Shown here: in pieces, positions 24,515 to 32,989 of the stretch
Layout of the letters: each line of letters starts with the position of its first letter
Position numbering within the stretch: the stretch's first letter is position 1
Virus record (IMG/VR): IMGVR_UViG_3300048575_000121
Location: 1-40,893 of that record
Reading direction: 5' to 3' (one strand)
DNA: 40,893 bases
Source of the DNA: a virus
Lineage: Duplodnaviria; Caudoviricetes
The notes under the pieces: model-generated
Told to the model about the DNA's origin: nothing
What the model saw: only the letters and a program-made list of their open reading frames with translations
The model's database searches: none
Position numbers and translations under genes: made by a program

Positions 24515-25252
24515 ATGCACACGACGAACGGAACTGACAATGCCGCGCCACGTTTTCCGGCATCGCAAAACGTGGCGCGCACGATGATGACCTCGCGCGA
24601 GATCGCCGAGCTCACCGGCAAGCAGCACAAGCACGTGATCCGGGACATCCGCGAGATGCTCGACGCCCTGTCGGAGGATGGTCCAGTTCTGGACCATGTC
24701 CGCGAGGACCGGGACGCCAGGGGCTACACGACGAACTTCCACCTGGACCGCGAGCTGACCGAGACGCTGATCACCGGCTACAGCATCCCGCTGCGGCACC
24801 GGGTGATCCGGCGCCTGCATGAGTTGGAGGAGCGCGCCGCGGCTCCGGCCATCCCGCAGACCTACTCCGAGGCTCTGCGAGTCGCAGCTGACCTCCACGA
24901 GCAGAACACCCAGCTGCGCATGGTGGTGGACGAGCAGGCGCCCAAGGTCGAGGCCCTGGGGCGGATCGCCGAGGCGCGCGGCACGCTCTGCCTGACCGAC
25001 ACGGCCAAGCACCTGAACATCCCTCGGCACAAGCTGATCGACTGGATGCGCGAGAACCGCTGGATCTACCGCCGGGAGGGCTCGGCCCACTGGCTTGCCT
25101 ATCAGCCGCGCATGGCGGCCGGCCTGCTCGAGCACCGGGTAACCGTGATCGGCACCGACTCCATCGGCGACCAGCGCCTGGCCTCCCAGGTGCGCGTCAC
25201 GCCGAAGGGGCTGGCCAAGCTGGCCCAGAAGGTCGCGGAGGGAGCGCTGTGA
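24515..25252 (+). CDS. Rha-family / KilAC antirepressor
   Basis: MTSREIAELTGKQHKHVIRDI (Rha) + IPQTYSEALR..A, APKV...TDTAK.L..W.Y...RVTPKG (KilAC). Confidence 0.88.
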   Translation: MHTTNGTDNAAPRFPASQNVARTMMTSREIAELTGKQHKHVIRDIREMLDALSEDGPVLDHVREDRDARGYTTNFHLDRELTETLITGYSIPLRHRVIRRLHELEERAAAPAIPQTYSEALRVAADLHEQNTQLRMVVDEQAPKVEALGRIAEARGTLCLTDTAKHLNIPRHKLIDWMRENRWIYRREGSAHWLAYQPRMAAGLLEHRVTVIGTDSIGDQRLASQVRVTPKGLAKLAQKVAEGAL

Positions 25253-26001
25253 GTGTTCAAGCCATGACCTGGGCCCTGGAGCAGCGCGTGGTTACCGACT
25301 CCTCTGCCCGCCATGTGTTGCTGTGCCTGGCCAATTACGCCGACAAGCACGGCCGGGGCGCCTTCCCCTCGGTGGCCAGCCTTGCGGATGACACCGGCCT
25401 GTCCGAGCGGACCGTGCAGGCCAAGCTGCGCCTGCTGGAAGACCTGGGTGTGATTGTCGAGGGCAACCGGGCGATCGCCGCGGCGTACATCACCCGTCGG
25501 GACCGTGTTCCGACCTGCTACGACATCGTCATGGAACGGGGTGAAGCTGCTGCACCCCGTCAAAATGAACGGGGTGAAACCACTGCACCCCGTGAAGATG
25601 CCACGGGGTGCAATCTACAGCAGAACGGGGTGCAAATTACGACGGAACGGGGTGCAGCCGCTGCACCCAATCCGTCATTGAACCATCAGGTAACCGAAGA
25701 GCAGCTGCAACACGCGAGCGATCCGGTCGATGTTCGCCAGCGCTTCGCCATGACCGAGGACTGGGAGCCGGACCCTGACGACCTGGCTGCGCAGACTCGC
25801 CTGATGGGTATCCCGGTGTCGGCGATCACGCTGACCGTCGTGAACAAGTTCAAGGCCCACTGGCTGGCCCTGCCGGATGCCGTGTTCACCCAGGCCAAGT
25901 GGGCGAACGAGTTGGCGAAGTGGATCAAGCGGGAGCGCGTCGAGGACGCAGCAGGCGAGGCCGATGGCGGCGCCTGGGGCGCGAACGGGGTGCGCGTATG
26001 A
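25249..26001 (+). CDS. Replication initiator (O-like; N-terminal HTH, C-terminal DnaT-like)
   Basis: MSVQAMTWA..VLLCLANYAD..AFPSV.SLA.DTGLSERTV; internal iterons; RFAMTEDWEPD. Confidence 0.85.
   Translation: MSVQAMTWALEQRVVTDSSARHVLLCLANYADKHGRGAFPSVASLADDTGLSERTVQAKLRLLEDLGVIVEGNRAIAAAYITRRDRVPTCYDIVMERGEAAAPRQNERGETTAPREDATGCNLQQNGVQITTERGAAAAPNPSLNHQVTEEQLQHASDPVDVRQRFAMTEDWEPDPDDLAAQTRLMGIPVSAITLTVVNKFKAHWLALPDAVFTQAKWANELAKWIKRERVEDAAGEADGGAWGANGVRV
25534..25668. repeat. Iteron array (phage ori)
   Basis: Five direct ACGGGGTG copies and inverted TGCACCCC(GT) copies inside the initiator gene. Confidence 0.8.
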
Positions 26002-26672
26002 GCCGGCCCAAGCGTGCTGACCTGATCGCAGCGAACCTCCGCGCCGCTCCGGCCCAACCCGCCCCGAGCGCGAAAGTGGTCCCCGTTGACGACTTCGCCC
26101 GCCAGGTGATGGACGACCTGTTCGACCGCATCCGCGGCATCTGCTCCGGCTGGCGCTCCGCCTGGTACACCCAGACGGTGATGGGCAAGGCCAAGGAGGA
26201 GTGGCTGGCCGAGTTCGCCAGGGCCGGCGTGAACAGCCAGGAGCTGGTCGACAACGGAGTGCGCGCCCTGCGCCAGAGCAAGCGCGAGTTCGTGCCGCCG
26301 CCGGCGCTGTTCGTGGACTGGTGCTTCGGGGCCGACCAACTGGGCCTGCCAAGCCTGGAGGAGGCCTACCGCGAAGCCCTGGCCAAGACGCACCCGGCCG
26401 CCGCCGCGACCGCCATCTGGAGCCATGCCGCGGTGTACCACGCCGCCGCCCGGGCCGGCTTCAGCAACCTGCAGCAGCTCAGTCGCGACGACGGCATGAA
26501 GCTGCTGGAGAGCAAGTACTCCCAGATCCGCCGCGAGATCGCGAAGGGCAACAGCCTGCCGCCGGTCCCCGTGGCGGCCCTCCCGCAACCGTCGAAGGCG
26601 GCCGATCCTGACCTGGGCAACGCGGCCCTGCAGGCCATCCGTGCTCGCCTGAAAGGAGCTCGCAATGTCTGA
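25998..26672 (+). CDS. Replication protein P-like (helicase loader)
   Basis: LF..I...WR.A...AK.EW..EF..AG....G.R..RQSK..F.PPP..F..WC; follows O with ATGA overlap. Confidence 0.75.
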   Translation: MSRPKRADLIAANLRAAPAQPAPSAKVVPVDDFARQVMDDLFDRIRGICSGWRSAWYTQTVMGKAKEEWLAEFARAGVNSQELVDNGVRALRQSKREFVPPPALFVDWCFGADQLGLPSLEEAYREALAKTHPAAAATAIWSHAAVYHAAARAGFSNLQQLSRDDGMKLLESKYSQIRREIAKGNSLPPVPVAALPQPSKAADPDLGNAALQAIRARLKGARNV

Positions 26673-26898
26673 CCTGAACCCGCTGCGCTGGCGCGCCAAG
26701 CGCAATCGCGATGGCCAGCAGATCCCGAACTGCTGGATCACCGACAGCGGCTATACCGTCGCCGGGTGCCGGCTGCCGGAGAAGCGCTTCACTGTTACCC
26801 GGCCGGGGTGTTCTGCTCCGTTCGCCTATCTGGGCAGTCGCGAGGATGTGGTGGCGATCATCCGGGCCGACATGAAGGCCAGCGGGGTGTCGGCATGA
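26665..26898 (+). CDS. Phage hypothetical protein
   Basis: AAGGAG RBS, 77 aa. Confidence 0.65.
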   Translation: MSDLNPLRWRAKRNRDGQQIPNCWITDSGYTVAGCRLPEKRFTVTRPGCSAPFAYLGSREDVVAIIRADMKASGVSA

Positions 26899-27266
26899 AG
26901 GGACGCAACCCCACCGCCGAGCAGAAGCGCTGGCACGACCTGCTTGTCAGCGTGGTCGGCTGCATCGCCTGCCGCGTCGAGCACGGCGTGCTGAACGACT
27001 TCTGCAGCATCCACCACGTCGATGGCCGTACCAAGCCGCACGCGCACTGGTACGTGCTCCCGCTGTGCGCCGGGCACCACCAGGCCGGCACCGGCCCGGA
27101 GAACTTCCCGGGTGTGGCGGTGCACCCGTTCAAGGCGCAGTTCGAGGCCCGCTACGGCCGCCAGGCTGACCTGGTGGGGCAGTGCGCTCGCATCGTCGCC
27201 GAGGCCGGCCACGATATCCCGGCCGGCTTCCTCGCCTGGCTGGATGGCGACGAGGTGATGGCATGA
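26895..27266 (+). CDS. Ref-family (HNH) recombination enhancement nuclease
   Basis: GCIACR...SIHHVDGRTKPHAHWYVLPLCAGHHQ...VHPFKAQFE.RYG. Confidence 0.8.
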   Translation: MKGRNPTAEQKRWHDLLVSVVGCIACRVEHGVLNDFCSIHHVDGRTKPHAHWYVLPLCAGHHQAGTGPENFPGVAVHPFKAQFEARYGRQADLVGQCARIVAEAGHDIPAGFLAWLDGDEVMA

Positions 27267-27697
27267 AGTCGCCCCGTCCCATTGCGCGTACCCCGCGCCC
27301 GCTGCGCCGTCCGAGGATTGATTGGGAAGGCAGGGAGCAGGCCGTCCTGTTCTCCATCCTCTCCCTGAAGCACCCAGAGGCCGCGCGGCTGGCATTCCAC
27401 GTGCCCAACGGTGGCCACCGGCACATCAAGGTCGCCGCGGAGATGAAGCGCCAGGGCGTGAAGGCCGGTGTCAGCGACATCGTGCTGCCCATGGCTCGCG
27501 GTGGCTGGTTCGGGCTGTACATTGAGTTCAAGGCCGCGCCGCCGAACGATGCCCGGGTGTCGCCCGAGCAGAGCGCGTTCCTATTGCGTGTCGAGCGGCA
27601 GGGCTACTACGCCACGGTGTGCCGCGGCGTCGACGATGCACTGCGGGTGATCGATGACTACCTGGCGCAGCCTCGGACCCAGGTGGTGCGCCAATGA
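27263..27697 (+). CDS. VRR-NUC nuclease
   Basis: EGREQ..FHVPNGG...K.QGVKAGVSD...LYIEFK...SPEQ. Confidence 0.88.
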   Translation: MKSPRPIARTPRPLRRPRIDWEGREQAVLFSILSLKHPEAARLAFHVPNGGHRHIKVAAEMKRQGVKAGVSDIVLPMARGGWFGLYIEFKAAPPNDARVSPEQSAFLLRVERQGYYATVCRGVDDALRVIDDYLAQPRTQVVRQ

Positions 27698-29016
27698 CGA
27701 CCATCGCCGCTATCAGCTTCAGCGACGCCGAGATCCGCCGCCAGGCCGCCGGTGCCGTGCGTGAGCTCAAGGACCCACGCCACCCGGGGCTGCGCCTGCG
27801 CTTCCTGTCCGATCGGCAGCGCGGTTCCTGGTATGTCGTCAAGGCGCGCGGCTGGCATCGCGCCGGCCGCTGGCCCGAGATTCCGGCGAAGTCCATGCTG
27901 GAGATCCTGCCGAAGGTCCGGGCGCAACTGGCGGCAGAGCCGGATGCGCAGCTCGGTGCGGGTGGGCTGGCCACGGTCGGCGAGGTGCTGCGTTGGCAGT
28001 TGGATCGGCAACTGCGCAACCGCAACCTGTCGCAGAAGCGGAAGAAGTCGGTGAAGTCGATGATCAGCCGCCACCTGCTGCCTCGCCTTGGCGGTGTTCG
28101 TGTGGCCGATCTGACCAAGGCGCTCCTCGACCGCGAGCTGTTCTGGCCGCTGCAGGAGCAGTTCACCGCCGGCTACGTGCGCCAGGCTTATGGTGTGCTG
28201 GCTGGCGCGCTCCGCCAGGCCCAGCGCCTCGACCAGATCGCCGCGAACCCCATGGCCGGGATGCGGTTCACCGACTTCGTGCGTGCCAAGATCGTGCCGA
28301 AGGCTGCCGGCCTCCGTCCTGCGCAGCTGTGCGAGTTGGTCCCGCGCCTGGTTGAGCACTACCGGCAGCGCCCGGCGGAAGGGATGCTGGCCTTGCTGAT
28401 GCTCTGCCATGGCACGCGCTTGGGTGAGACCCGGGTGGCGCGCTGGCGTCACTTCAGCCTGCAGGAGCGCGTGTGGATTCTCCCGGCCGAGGAGACCAAG
28501 ACGCGGACGGAGCATGTCTTGCCGCTGACTGACCAAGTGGTGGCGCTGCTCGAGCAATACCGGGCCTGGCAGACCAGTAGTGTGGGCGAGTCGGCCTTCC
28601 TGTTTCCGGCCGGCCCGACCAAGGCGCTCTCGGAGAAGCAGGCCAGCGAGGTATTCGCTAGCCTGGGGGCTGGGGAGTGGACCAGCCACGACCTGCGCAA
28701 GCTGGCGCGCACTAGTTGGACCGAACTGGGCATCGACCATCTGATTGGCGAGATGCTGCTGAACCACGCCATGAAGGGAGTGGTGGCGGCCTACATCCAG
28801 ACGGCCGCCCAGGCACGCAAGCGGGAGGCTCTGGAACTGTGGCACGGCCATCTAGACGGGCATGGCTTCGGCGCTGTTCTCGGTCAGACAGGCGCTAGAT
28901 CGCACGAACCGCATTTCGGCTCTGAGGCCAATTCTGGCGAGGCCTCTAGCGATTCCTCGCGTCCAACAGGATGGAGGCTGCAAGAGGGGCTTGGAGAGGA
29001 GGGCGAGGCATGCTGA
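27694..29016 (+). CDS. Second tyrosine recombinase/integrase
   Basis: Arm-binding-like N-terminus (LKDPRHPGLRLR); GTRLGE (R), TKT (K), SHDLRK, LLNH, AAYIQ (Y). Confidence 0.85.
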   Translation: MTTIAAISFSDAEIRRQAAGAVRELKDPRHPGLRLRFLSDRQRGSWYVVKARGWHRAGRWPEIPAKSMLEILPKVRAQLAAEPDAQLGAGGLATVGEVLRWQLDRQLRNRNLSQKRKKSVKSMISRHLLPRLGGVRVADLTKALLDRELFWPLQEQFTAGYVRQAYGVLAGALRQAQRLDQIAANPMAGMRFTDFVRAKIVPKAAGLRPAQLCELVPRLVEHYRQRPAEGMLALLMLCHGTRLGETRVARWRHFSLQERVWILPAEETKTRTEHVLPLTDQVVALLEQYRAWQTSSVGESAFLFPAGPTKALSEKQASEVFASLGAGEWTSHDLRKLARTSWTELGIDHLIGEMLLNHAMKGVVAAYIQTAAQARKREALELWHGHLDGHGFGAVLGQTGARSHEPHFGSEANSGEASSDSSRPTGWRLQEGLGEEGEAC

Positions 29017-29321
29017 AGCCGCGCCGGCCGGAGCTGGCAACCAGCATCCAGCCGCTCACCGACTGCCCGGCATGCCTGGGCGCTGGCCTCGAGCAAGGGC
29101 TGTTCGGCAGGCGCGTCTGCGGCACCTGCTTCGGCGTGGGCCTAATCGGCGCCGACGGCGAGCCGCTGCTGTTGGAGCAGGCGCTGCTGCAGTTGCGCCT
29201 GCGGCTGACGCAGGCCCAAGGCGAGGTGCGCCAGCTGCGCGCCCGTCTGCCGGCACCTGAGCCGACCTACTACACCGACAACCGTCGCGGGGCCGGCGGT
29301 TCGCATTTCACTGGGGACTGA
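29010..29321 (+). CDS. Zn-finger (CxxCxGxG x2) protein
   Basis: CPACLGAG...CGTCFGVG. Confidence 0.65.
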   Translation: MLKPRRPELATSIQPLTDCPACLGAGLEQGLFGRRVCGTCFGVGLIGADGEPLLLEQALLQLRLRLTQAQGEVRQLRARLPAPEPTYYTDNRRGAGGSHFTGD

Positions 29322-29331
29322 GGGGGAATCG

Positions 29332-30003
29332 ATGGTTTATGAAAGTGTGCTTTCCGCAGTGGTCTCGGCCCTTGCCGCCGAAGCGATCGACAACACCAGC
29401 AAGCAGGCTTGGCAGCGGATGCGCGCGCCGGGCGAGGAGGTAGCCAAGGGCGGCGCCATCACGGGCGAGCTGCGAGCCCAGGTCGACTGCTGGGTGTTCG
29501 CCCGGCTGCATTCCCAGCTGATCCCCCGTCATTGGAACGCGCTGGTGGCGAAGTACAGCACTCATCGTGGTCGCAAGGTGGAGGCGATCGGCGGGCTGAA
29601 GTCGGTGGTGGCTACGCCGGCGCCGCAGCTCTTCCTCTACAAGGCGGTGACTGCCTGGTCCATCCCTAAGCTGCGGGGCGTTCGGCATCTGCCGCCGGCG
29701 GTGGTGAGTGTCGAGGTCCCGCTGGAGGCCTTGCCCGCCAAGCAGGCGAGGATTATCCGCGCCGCCATCGAGGCCGAGCGCGTCAAGCGCAAGCGCATGG
29801 AGGAGAGGGCCGGCGGCATGATCGTGCTGAAGGACAGCTTCTACGACATGAACACCTGGGATCCCGATGGCCGGCCGGAGTCCACCCGGCGCGAGTGGCG
29901 GCGCAATATCCACAAGGTTCTCGACGAGATGCTGGCCGAAGCTATGGACAGCGCCGGGGCGATCCTGCGCGCCGAGGGCTTACTGCTGAGCGAGGCCGCT
30001 TGA
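29332..30003 (+). CDS. Putative late-gene antiterminator (Q position)
   Basis: MVYESVLSAVV.AL..DCWV.ARLH..FYDMNTWD..PE.TRR.W; followed by a pR'-like promoter and terminator. Confidence 0.6.
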   Translation: MVYESVLSAVVSALAAEAIDNTSKQAWQRMRAPGEEVAKGGAITGELRAQVDCWVFARLHSQLIPRHWNALVAKYSTHRGRKVEAIGGLKSVVATPAPQLFLYKAVTAWSIPKLRGVRHLPPAVVSVEVPLEALPAKQARIIRAAIEAERVKRKRMEERAGGMIVLKDSFYDMNTWDPDGRPESTRREWRRNIHKVLDEMLAEAMDSAGAILRAEGLLLSEAA

Positions 30004-30028
30004 CGGCGGCCCATCATTCCATCACTAT
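30000..30028 (+). promoter_or_regulatory. pR'-like late promoter
   Basis: TTGACG-17-CACTAT overlapping the Q stop codon. Confidence 0.5.
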
Positions 30029-30074
30029 TTATCCCATCCTGCCGATCTTGCGTTTGAAGGATTGGCGAACAAAT

Positions 30075-30101
30075 AAACCCGGCCCTCGTGCCGGGTTTTT
30101 T
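30075..30101 (+). terminator. tR'-like terminator
   Basis: AAACCCGGC-CCTCGT-GCCGGGTTTTTT. Confidence 0.75.
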
Positions 30102-30172
30102 GTTGGGGCAAGAGTTGAGTTTCTCGTAGGCATCCCCATGTAGTGCAGCGTCGTAGAGAGAGGAGTTGCCCC

Positions 30173-30568
30173 ATGACGGATGTTTCGAATCTAGTAGAAG
30201 AACTGGAAGAGCAGATCCAAGGCCTTATGGATGAGGGTGAGCGGGTCAAAGAGAAGATCGAAGAGTACAAGGCGGCCGCCGAAGCAGCCGATGCTCGGTA
30301 CAAAGCCAAGCACAGCCACCGCAATTACATTCCGCTGGATGATCTCCCTTATGGGGAAGAGAATATTCGGCTGAATGGGGTGCCGGAAGCAGTCGAGGAC
30401 GAGCTGGCGAAGCTCAAAGCTCTCAATATGAACACGCATTCGGTAGCGGTGGTCGCAAAGGTTATCGAAGAGGCTCGTGAAAAAATCGAGAATGCGGAGT
30501 CTGAAGTAGACGATTGCACGCCTATCGAAACCTCTGAAGATGAAGAAGAGGATGCGCCTTTCCCTTGA
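30173..30568 (+). CDS. Acidic coiled-coil hypothetical protein (moron)
   Basis: AGGAG RBS; E/D-rich, 131 aa; has its own terminator. Confidence 0.7.
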   Translation: MTDVSNLVEELEEQIQGLMDEGERVKEKIEEYKAAAEAADARYKAKHSHRNYIPLDDLPYGEENIRLNGVPEAVEDELAKLKALNMNTHSVAVVAKVIEEAREKIENAESEVDDCTPIETSEDEEEDAPFP

Positions 30569-30582
30569 TTCGTCTGTAATGC

Positions 30583-30610
30583 AAAAAGCCCGGCTTTGTG
30601 CCGGGCTTTT
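30583..30610. terminator. Bidirectional intrinsic terminator
   Basis: AAAAAGCCCGGC-TTTGT-GCCGGGCTTTT. Confidence 0.8.
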
Positions 30611-30651
30611 GTTTTCCACGATTCATGGCGCGCGCTCCGCGCCTTGCCCGG

Positions 30652-30858
30652 TTAGGGGGCAATCCAGGCTAGGCTCCTCTCGATATTTTCTTTAGCCTTC
30701 TGTGCTTGCTTTCTTGCATCGTCGTCGAAGTCGGCAAGTGCTTTGAAGAAACGCTTTTGCTGCTTTGAGAGTCCTCTCCAAAGCGTTTCAGATGCCAACT
30801 GCTCCGCCGGTTTCTGTTCCCTGCTAATGCTGAAGATATCTACCATGGTGTCTCCCAT
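30652..30858 (-). CDS. Hypothetical protein (68 aa), cassette gene 3
   Basis: Low-GC ORF, 9 nt after the upstream stop; its stop abuts the repeat. Confidence 0.55.
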   Translation of the reverse strand: MGDTMVDIFSISREQKPAEQLASETLWRGLSKQQKRFFKALADFDDDARKQAQKAKENIERSLAWIAP

Positions 30859-30867
30859 TTTGGGTTC

Positions 30868-31338
30868 TTAGGATAGGACGCCCACAAACCACTCCCAGGG
30901 GTTCAATTTCCGCAAATATTCTTCTCTGCCATGGCGCAGAAGGTTTGCGTTATAGCTGGGCTTCTGCAAGGCGCTGATGATGTGTATGTCCTCCGCGAGG
31001 AGGGTGCTCATTCTCTGATCGAGTTCCGTGAGCGACATCTTTGACTTCTCGGCTTGGAGTTCACACCAGCGGCGCTTTAGCTCTAGATGGCGCGCAATCT
31101 TGTCACTTGGTGCGATCAAGTGATCGACAAGAGCAAGAATAGCGATTGATGCCCCCATCCACTTCGCGAGCCGTCCGAGCTCAGCCAGCGCTCCGCCGAA
31201 TACCGCAGTTCCGCTAACCAGGAATATCAAGCTGAAAATCCATCGCATATGGCGATACAGCTTTAGATGACGGTTATGCAGTTCTATCGCGTAGTCGATA
31301 TCAAGCCCTGCTTCGTACTGGCTTCGCTCGTAGTTCAT
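30868..31338 (-). CDS. 2-TM membrane protein, SLATT-like topology
   Basis: Two hydrophobic helices (WIFSLIFLVSGTAVFGGAL; WMGASIAILALVDHLI) followed by a helical tail. Confidence 0.7.
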   Translation of the reverse strand: MNYERSQYEAGLDIDYAIELHNRHLKLYRHMRWIFSLIFLVSGTAVFGGALAELGRLAKWMGASIAILALVDHLIAPSDKIARHLELKRRWCELQAEKSKMSLTELDQRMSTLLAEDIHIISALQKPSYNANLLRHGREEYLRKLNPWEWFVGVLS

Positions 31339-31341
31339 AAA

Positions 31342-31431
31342 TTACCCCTGTTGTGCTGGAGGCGGAGGTGGAGGCGGCGGGTTCCTGTATGGAGGAACCT
31401 GGGTTCTCACACTGTCGGGATCGATTTCCAT
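31342..31431 (-). CDS. Poly-proline leader peptide (29 aa)
   Basis: MEIDPDSVRTQVPPYRNPPPPPPPPAQQG*; AAGGA RBS; stop 3 nt before the 2-TM gene ATG. Confidence 0.6.
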   Translation of the reverse strand: MEIDPDSVRTQVPPYRNPPPPPPPPAQQG

Positions 31432-31604
31432 GAGGATTCCTTGCTATTGGGTTTGGTGCTTGGCGGCATTCGGATCGTAGCATGTGAGTCCTCGCCAATT
31501 CATGGTGCGCACTCCTGCGCCTTGCCCGGGTACGCCCGGGCCTTTCTATTCACGCAGTGCCAAGGCTGGCGAAGCCTGGGGACACCCTTATGAGGATTCA
31601 CATC

Positions 31605-31976
31605 ATGACCGAGCCGGCCTCGACTGCTGTTGGCGGGATCGCGCTCTACAAACTGCTCTCGCTCCTGTTCGGCGCTACGGTCGCCGCGGTGGTAGTCATG
31701 ATCATGACTCGCCCGAAGTCGACGCGTGAATGGGCCGTGGCGCTGATCAGTACCGTCGTATCGAGCATCAGCGGCGGCGCGTTCCTGGTCCGCTGGCTGG
31801 GCATCGGCTCGTGGGTGCAGGATGACATCGGCCTGATCGCGCTGATCGGCGTCGTCTTCGTCTGCGGTCTGCCGGCCTGGGTGATCGTCCGTGCCTGGTT
31901 CGCCTGGAGTGAGTCGCGCAAGGACAAGGCGCTGCCCGAGATGGTCAAGGAGTTCCGCGAGGAAACCGGGCTGTGA
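31605..31976 (+). CDS. Holin
   Basis: Three hydrophobic segments and a charged C-terminus; between Q and the HNH/terminase genes; alternative start at 31590. Confidence 0.7.
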   Translation: MTEPASTAVGGIALYKLLSLLFGATVAAVVVMIMTRPKSTREWAVALISTVVSSISGGAFLVRWLGIGSWVQDDIGLIALIGVVFVCGLPAWVIVRAWFAWSESRKDKALPEMVKEFREETGL

Positions 31977-32033
31977 CCAACCAGTGCCCGGCCGGCAGCG
32001 GTGCCGGTTATCTTCAGTAGAGCGAGGCTGTCA

Positions 32034-32429
32034 ATGGCACTTCGACCGAACAAGCCATGTCGCTCACGCGGCTGTGGAGCGCTGACGCGGAGTCCGAATG
32101 GCTACTGTGACGCGCACCAGGGCGAGGTCAGCAACTGGAGCAAGCGCCCGGACAGGGCCGGCAGCACCACTGCGCGAGGCTACGGCCACAAATGGCGGCA
32201 GCTGCGCGAGCAGGTGCTGAAGCGCGACCAGTTCCTGTGCCAGTGCTGTGCGCGAGCAGGCCGCGTCAGCGAGGCCAGCGAGGTCGATCACATCGTGGCC
32301 AAGGCGCACGGCGGCACGGATGCCCCGGGCAACCTGGAGGCGATCTGCGTCGACTGCCACAAGGCGAAGACGGCCCGCGAGCGGCTGGCCGGGGCGGGCA
32401 CCAGGGGGAGGGTGGGGCAAAAGTCCTGA
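32034..32429 (+). CDS. HNH endonuclease (terminase-associated, HK97 gp74-like)
   Basis: RGYGHKW..LR.QVL.RD..LCQCC...EVDHI..K.HGGTD...NL.AIC.DCH..KT. Confidence 0.9.
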   Translation: MALRPNKPCRSRGCGALTRSPNGYCDAHQGEVSNWSKRPDRAGSTTARGYGHKWRQLREQVLKRDQFLCQCCARAGRVSEASEVDHIVAKAHGGTDAPGNLEAICVDCHKAKTARERLAGAGTRGRVGQKS

Positions 32430-32490
32430 CTCTCGCGATACGTGACCGCCCCGTCCGGGCTTTACGCGCGACCGCGAAATTAAAAATTCA
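32405..32490. other. Probable cos region
   Basis: G-rich run, then GACCGCCCCG...CGCGAAATTAAAAATT between HNH and terS, the usual position in HK97-like cos phages; cut site not determined. Confidence 0.45.
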
Positions 32491-32501
32491 GGAGTAGGGG
32501 T

Positions 32502-32981
32502 ATGGGGGGCGTCGCGAGGGTGGCGGGACGTGGCCGCAAGCCCAAGCCGACCGCGAAGAAGGATCTGGCCGGCAACCCAGGAAAACGCGCCCTGAACAAG
32601 GCCGAACCCAAGTTTTCCGAAGTCACTGATATCGATCCTCCCGAGTGGATGCCCGAGCGCGCCGCGGTGATGTGGTCGATGGTTGTGCCTGAGCTACTTC
32701 GCGAAGGCGTTTTGTCAATCACCGATCTTCATAACGTAGAGGCGTTCTGCACCGCCTACAACAAATGGCGGATGGCCGAAGAAGAAGTGCAACTGAACGG
32801 CATCACGGTGCTGAGTGCTCAGGGCAGCCCCATGAAAAACCCTGCCCTGACCGCGGCCAATGAGGCGATGCGACAACTGGTGACCTTTGGCTCACTGCTC
32901 GGCTTGGACCCGTCCAGCCGGACGCGCCTGATCGGAGGAAACAAGAAACCGGCAGCCAACCCCTTCGCGGATCTTCTCTGA
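32502..32981 (+). CDS. terS: Terminase small subunit (P27 family)
   Basis: GRKPKPTA.K.LAGNPGKR, KNPAL, LGLDPSSRTRL. Confidence 0.92.
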   Translation: MGGVARVAGRGRKPKPTAKKDLAGNPGKRALNKAEPKFSEVTDIDPPEWMPERAAVMWSMVVPELLREGVLSITDLHNVEAFCTAYNKWRMAEEEVQLNGITVLSAQGSPMKNPALTAANEAMRQLVTFGSLLGLDPSSRTRLIGGNKKPAANPFADLL

Positions 32982-32989
32982 GGTAAGCA

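Larger units (their letters stand above)
30621..31529. repeat. Imperfect ~31-bp direct repeats (30621-30651 and 31498-31529) flanking an inserted cassette
   Basis: ATTCATGGCGCGCGCTCC-GCGCCTTGCCCGG vs ATTCATGGTGCGCACTCCTGCGCCTTGCCCGG (29/32 identical). Confidence 0.75.

Noticed and set aside
32447-32457. CGCCCCGTCCG matching the TR/VR 3' GC tract
   Set aside because: Only 11 bp, intergenic in the probable cos region, with no flanking TR similarity; likely chance.
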